Position numbers and translations under genes: made by a program. A stretch of DNA of 64,000 bases from IMG/VR virus record IMGVR_UViG_3300014205_000205, positions 20,135-84,134 of that record; one strand, 5' to 3'. The stretch comes from a virus. Lineage: Duplodnaviria > Caudoviricetes. Positions 60,839 through 64,000 of this stretch are shown here, in pieces (the first letter of the stretch is position 1; the number at the start of each line of letters is the position of its first letter). The notes under the pieces were generated by a model that was given only the letters and a program-made list of their open reading frames with translations, was not told where the DNA came from and made no database searches.

Positions 60839-61455
60839 GATGGGGTCTCCTTCTGTTTTGTAGGGGTGGACTGGCTTCTGACCGCCAGCAAGTCCATCAC
60901 CTCATCCGCCAAATCGTCCGGGTCATCTGTTCTGCCGATGCTCAGGATGTATTTGCAGTGGTCGTGGATGGCGTCCCGAATCTGCTGTGCTGCGTATTGC
61001 ACGGATCGCTTAGCAGGCTTTACGGCATCTGTGGGGGTGGACTGGCTCGGCTCCTGCAAATGGTCGAATACCGCCTCAATGAACCGTCGCCACTCGCCCT
61101 CGTCTATACCTTCATAGCCGGGCAAGCATCCTGTTGCGGCCTGCCACTCGCCGATTAAAGCGCACTCTACCTGCTCCAGAGTGACCATAGAGGACATCTG
61201 GGCCTTGAGTGCCACTATCTCTGACTTCGCCTCTCCGAGTTCTTTGCGGTAGTTCTGCCTGAAAAACTCGACCAAGCGATAAGCTTTGGTTAGTTGTGCT
61301 ATCTCTGCATCGGCGGTGTCAAGGTCGTGGCACAAGTTGCGAATGTCAACGTCAGCCTGTGAGACCACTTCCCGCCAACCTGTGGGGGTGTGTGCCTTTT
61401 GAATCCGTTTGCGCTCGTCCATCGCCAGCTTGCGCTCACTCACTTTTGACACCAC
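60826..61455 (-). CDS. Hypothetical coiled-coil protein
   Basis: Packed ORF. Confidence 0.55.
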   Translation of the reverse strand: MVSKVSERKLAMDERKRIQKAHTPTGWREVVSQADVDIRNLCHDLDTADAEIAQLTKAYRLVEFFRQNYRKELGEAKSEIVALKAQMSSMVTLEQVECALIGEWQAATGCLPGYEGIDEGEWRRFIEAVFDHLQEPSQSTPTDAVKPAKRSVQYAAQQIRDAIHDHCKYILSIGRTDDPDDLADEVMDLLAVRSQSTPTKQKETPSCGP

Positions 61456-61660
61456 CTTGCAGAACTGCTAGTCGTTGACGTGCATCCCACATGGCGTTGC
61501 AGGGTTCACAAATGGTTACGACCTTGCGCTTCGCTCGGTAGGAAGGGTGTCGAGAACATCCGTTGGCGAGAATCGTCAGTGCCGCTATCTCGGCCCGCAG
61601 TTCCTTGATGATTTGGCCAGGAGTTGGGATGTCGTTCTCTTGCTCACTCACTCTTACCAC
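61436..61660 (-). CDS. Hypothetical protein
   Basis: GCSRHPSYRAKR...CEPC motif. Confidence 0.5.
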   Translation of the reverse strand: MVRVSEQENDIPTPGQIIKELRAEIAALTILANGCSRHPSYRAKRKVVTICEPCNAMWDARQRLAVLQGGVKSE

Positions 61661-62255
61661 CTCCCGCCATAATCAGTTCCGTCAAGGCTGCGTTGTACTC
61701 GTTGATGTGACTGGCGCAGAAGCACGAAGCAGACTCATCGCCGCCGTCGCAGTTGGGACACGTCTGGTTGAACTCCTGATAGGCATGGGCGAACCGCTTG
61801 GTCTTCGCCTTGATGTCCGCTGCCTCTTTGGCGAGACGGTCCCGGTCGGCTATGGCGGAAGCCAACTCGCCTTCTTTGGCGTCCACGCAAGCCGCCAGTA
61901 CATCCTTGGCTCTGGAAAGTTGGGCCGCCTCTGCATGCGCTGTTACCAGGGATTGGGCCAGGGCGTCTGCGCCAGCGCGGGCTTGAGTGAGTTCTGCGGT
62001 GATCCTTTGGTTTGTGTACTCGATTACATGAGCCGCTTGGTCAATTGCAAGACACTTGGCCGCCAGCTCGTCCCGTTCCTTGACCGTCTCTTTGCAGTGC
62101 AGGAGGGAGGGCGTTAGTTCATGCAGGACAGTGGCCGCTACTTGTTCAGGTGATAGCACATCTCGGCGCTCGCCGGTTCCTACGCCGATTCGGGCACCAT
62201 CCAAGGCTTTGAGGATGGCCAACCGAATGGCCTCGCCGATGCTCTGCTCTCCCAC
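61644..62255 (-). CDS. Hypothetical coiled-coil protein
   Basis: GGAGGGG RBS, C-terminal Cys motif. Confidence 0.55.
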   Translation of the reverse strand: MGEQSIGEAIRLAILKALDGARIGVGTGERRDVLSPEQVAATVLHELTPSLLHCKETVKERDELAAKCLAIDQAAHVIEYTNQRITAELTQARAGADALAQSLVTAHAEAAQLSRAKDVLAACVDAKEGELASAIADRDRLAKEAADIKAKTKRFAHAYQEFNQTCPNCDGGDESASCFCASHINEYNAALTELIMAGGGKSE

Positions 62256-62256
62256 G

Positions 62257-62502
62257 TTATCCCCTCCGTCCCATCTGTTCGCTCATCCACTCATCCAGGG
62301 CTGAAACCACCTTCTGCGCTCGGTCGGCGTACCGATGGCAATCCTCCATCACTTGTGGCAGGCTTGCGTCGAGCATGAATCCCCTCTGGGCGGCCTTCGC
62401 GACGCCAAGGATGTATGCCCACCTGCGCCTCACTGTGAGTGCTGTGCCGATTGGATCGTCGGACCCAGCGACCAGCATCAACACTTCCATCTGCTCCAGG
62501 GA
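62257..62502 (-). pseudogene. 3' part of phage gene interrupted by TnpB element 2
   Basis: CTC TAC (63995-64000) + TCC CTG GAG CAG gives in-frame LY|SLEQMEVLMLV...GRRG. Confidence 0.7.
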
Positions 62503-62597
62503 TTGACACTCCCCGGACTGAAGTCCGAGGATTCTCGGGCCATGGTTCCAGCGAACCAATTAGCGCCCGAAGGCTTTGTCCAAGCCTTAAACCTGTG

Positions 62598-63677
62598 TTA
62601 CGCTGGTCGTTTCAGGATGACTCTGGCAGCGTTGACATCCCGGTGTTCGTGGTTCCCACAAGCTGGGCAATCGTACCACCGTGTATGCAAAGGCATCTTC
62701 TGGATGCCGCCGCAGACATCACATTCCATCGAGGTCCGGTAGGGATTCTTTGCGACTAACTTCCGCCCGGCTGTCGCCGATTTACTCTGCAAGAAGTTTA
62801 GTTGCATCCCCCAGGCCATGTCAGATGCCGCTTGCGCCAGATGGTGGTTCGCCAGCATGAACTTCGGACTGATGTCTTCGTGATGGATCTCAGCGTTCTC
62901 CCGGACCAACTTCGTGCTGATCTTGTGGTGCAGGTCTTGCCGTTGATTGGCGATGTGTTCGTGGAGCCGTGCCAGTTGGCGGACGGTTTTCTTCCTGCGG
63001 TTGCTCCGCTTGTTCTTCTGGCGGGCTAGATGCCGCTGGATGCGGCGCAACTGCTTGAGTTTGGCCTTCAGAAACTTGGTTTCGCCCAAGCGTTCCCCGT
63101 TCGAGGTCGTGACCAGACACTCGATACCCAAGTCGATGCCTATGGCTTTGTCGGTTGCTGGGTAACACGGCGCAGGTACGTTGTCGCAGGAGAAGCAGAC
63201 GAACCACTTGCCGCTCCTGGAACGCTTCACCGTCACGGTTTTGATGTCGCCTTCAACGGGACGGGACCACCGAACTTTGAGGGGACCGCATCCCCGTAGC
63301 CGGAGCCGTTCACCCTTTAACTTCCAACTGGTCTGCTTGAAGGTGATGGAGTTGTAACGGTCACGGTTCTGAAACTTCGGATATCCTGTGCCTTTGATTT
63401 TGAAGAAGCGTTGGAATGCCTTGTCCAACCGTTCCGCCACATCTTGCAGGGCTTGAGCGTCCACTTCCCGGTACTCAGCTAACTCAGCTTTCAGGTCTGG
63501 TAACTCTGCCATTTGATCGTACTTTCCGATACGCCGACGCTGTTGCCAAGCGATTTTCCGCTGCTCCAGGTAAGCGTTGTAGAGCCTGCGACACAACCAC
63601 AGCCAGCGGTCAAGCGTTTGCTCTTGCGTCCTCGTTGGGTAAATCCGATACTTGAACGTCTTTCGCATCTTGTTCAC
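62598..63677 (-). CDS. tnpB: RNA-guided endonuclease TnpB
   Basis: GIDLG, HEDI, CDVC..CPAC, RDVNAA; paralog of 44914..45984. Confidence 0.95.
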   Translation of the reverse strand: MNKMRKTFKYRIYPTRTQEQTLDRWLWLCRRLYNAYLEQRKIAWQQRRRIGKYDQMAELPDLKAELAEYREVDAQALQDVAERLDKAFQRFFKIKGTGYPKFQNRDRYNSITFKQTSWKLKGERLRLRGCGPLKVRWSRPVEGDIKTVTVKRSRSGKWFVCFSCDNVPAPCYPATDKAIGIDLGIECLVTTSNGERLGETKFLKAKLKQLRRIQRHLARQKNKRSNRRKKTVRQLARLHEHIANQRQDLHHKISTKLVRENAEIHHEDISPKFMLANHHLAQAASDMAWGMQLNFLQSKSATAGRKLVAKNPYRTSMECDVCGGIQKMPLHTRWYDCPACGNHEHRDVNAARVILKRPA

Positions 63678-63766
63678 CTCCTATCTATGTGATTCCACAC
63701 CGAATACAGGTTCTCCTGCTATCTGTTCGATGTGATTTCGCTTATAATAGTTGCGAGGTGATAACG

Positions 63767-63967
63767 ATGCTCATGAATGCAGAGCAAGCCGCGAAGCTGT
63801 TGAAAAGGCACCCTTCGTTGCTGCGAAAGTGGGCCAAAGATGGAAAGGTGAATGGGATATTCAGGGTTGGTGTGGCGTGGGTGGCTGAGTTTGAAGCCTG
63901 GCAGGCAGCGGCGAGTGAGGTTCGGAAGCCGGGGCGAAAACCTAAATCAGTTTCACCCCCGGAATGA
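63767..63967 (+). CDS. Small HTH protein inside element 2
   Basis: Near-identical to 46074..46274. Confidence 0.8.
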   Translation: MLMNAEQAAKLLKRHPSLLRKWAKDGKVNGIFRVGVAWVAEFEAWQAAASEVRKPGRKPKSVSPPE

Positions 63968-64000
63968 ATTCCGGGGCACTCGCCGCGAAGTTCTGTAGAG

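Larger units (their letters stand above)
62503..63994 (-). mobile_element. IS200/IS605-family TnpB-only element 2 (with divergent HTH gene)
   Basis: Same LE and RE hairpins as element 1, RE ends GTGTCAA, inserted after CTAC. Confidence 0.9.

Noticed and set aside
1-64000. CRISPR array, diversity-generating retroelement, alternative genetic code, integrase or att site
   Set aside because: No regularly spaced repeats, no reverse transcriptase or TR/VR pair, genes read cleanly in code 11, no recombinase seen in this window

Overview
A 64-kb slice of a GC-rich tailed-phage (siphovirus-like) genome or prophage. The host is probably Bacillota: strong GGAGG ribosome-binding sites and YopX, ArpU-like and XkdF-like genes. 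Almost all genes are on the minus strand. In transcription order (right to left): early, replication and accessory genes (SSB, DUF5131, nucleoid-associated protein, two DNA methyltransferases, tandem ECF sigma factors, lytic transglycosylase, YopX); two TnpB-only IS200/IS605 elements inserted in-frame into phage genes; a tRNA-Gln flanked by structured non-coding sequence; a plus-strand cassette of small genes behind two operator-containing promoters; terminase; then head, neck and tail genes. The standout feature is a near-complete nonulosonic-acid (pseudaminic-acid-like) biosynthesis and tailoring pathway woven into the virion morphogenesis operon. It has about 9 enzymes between terL and portal, plus pseB, a methyltransferase and a Maf/GT29-like transferase between the capsid and neck genes. 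Several outer structural proteins are extremely Ser/Thr-rich, which suggests a phage that coats its own virion with a sialic-acid-like sugar. No integrase, holin/endolysin cassette or CRISPR array is recognisable in the window. All family calls come from motif recognition by eye, not database searches.
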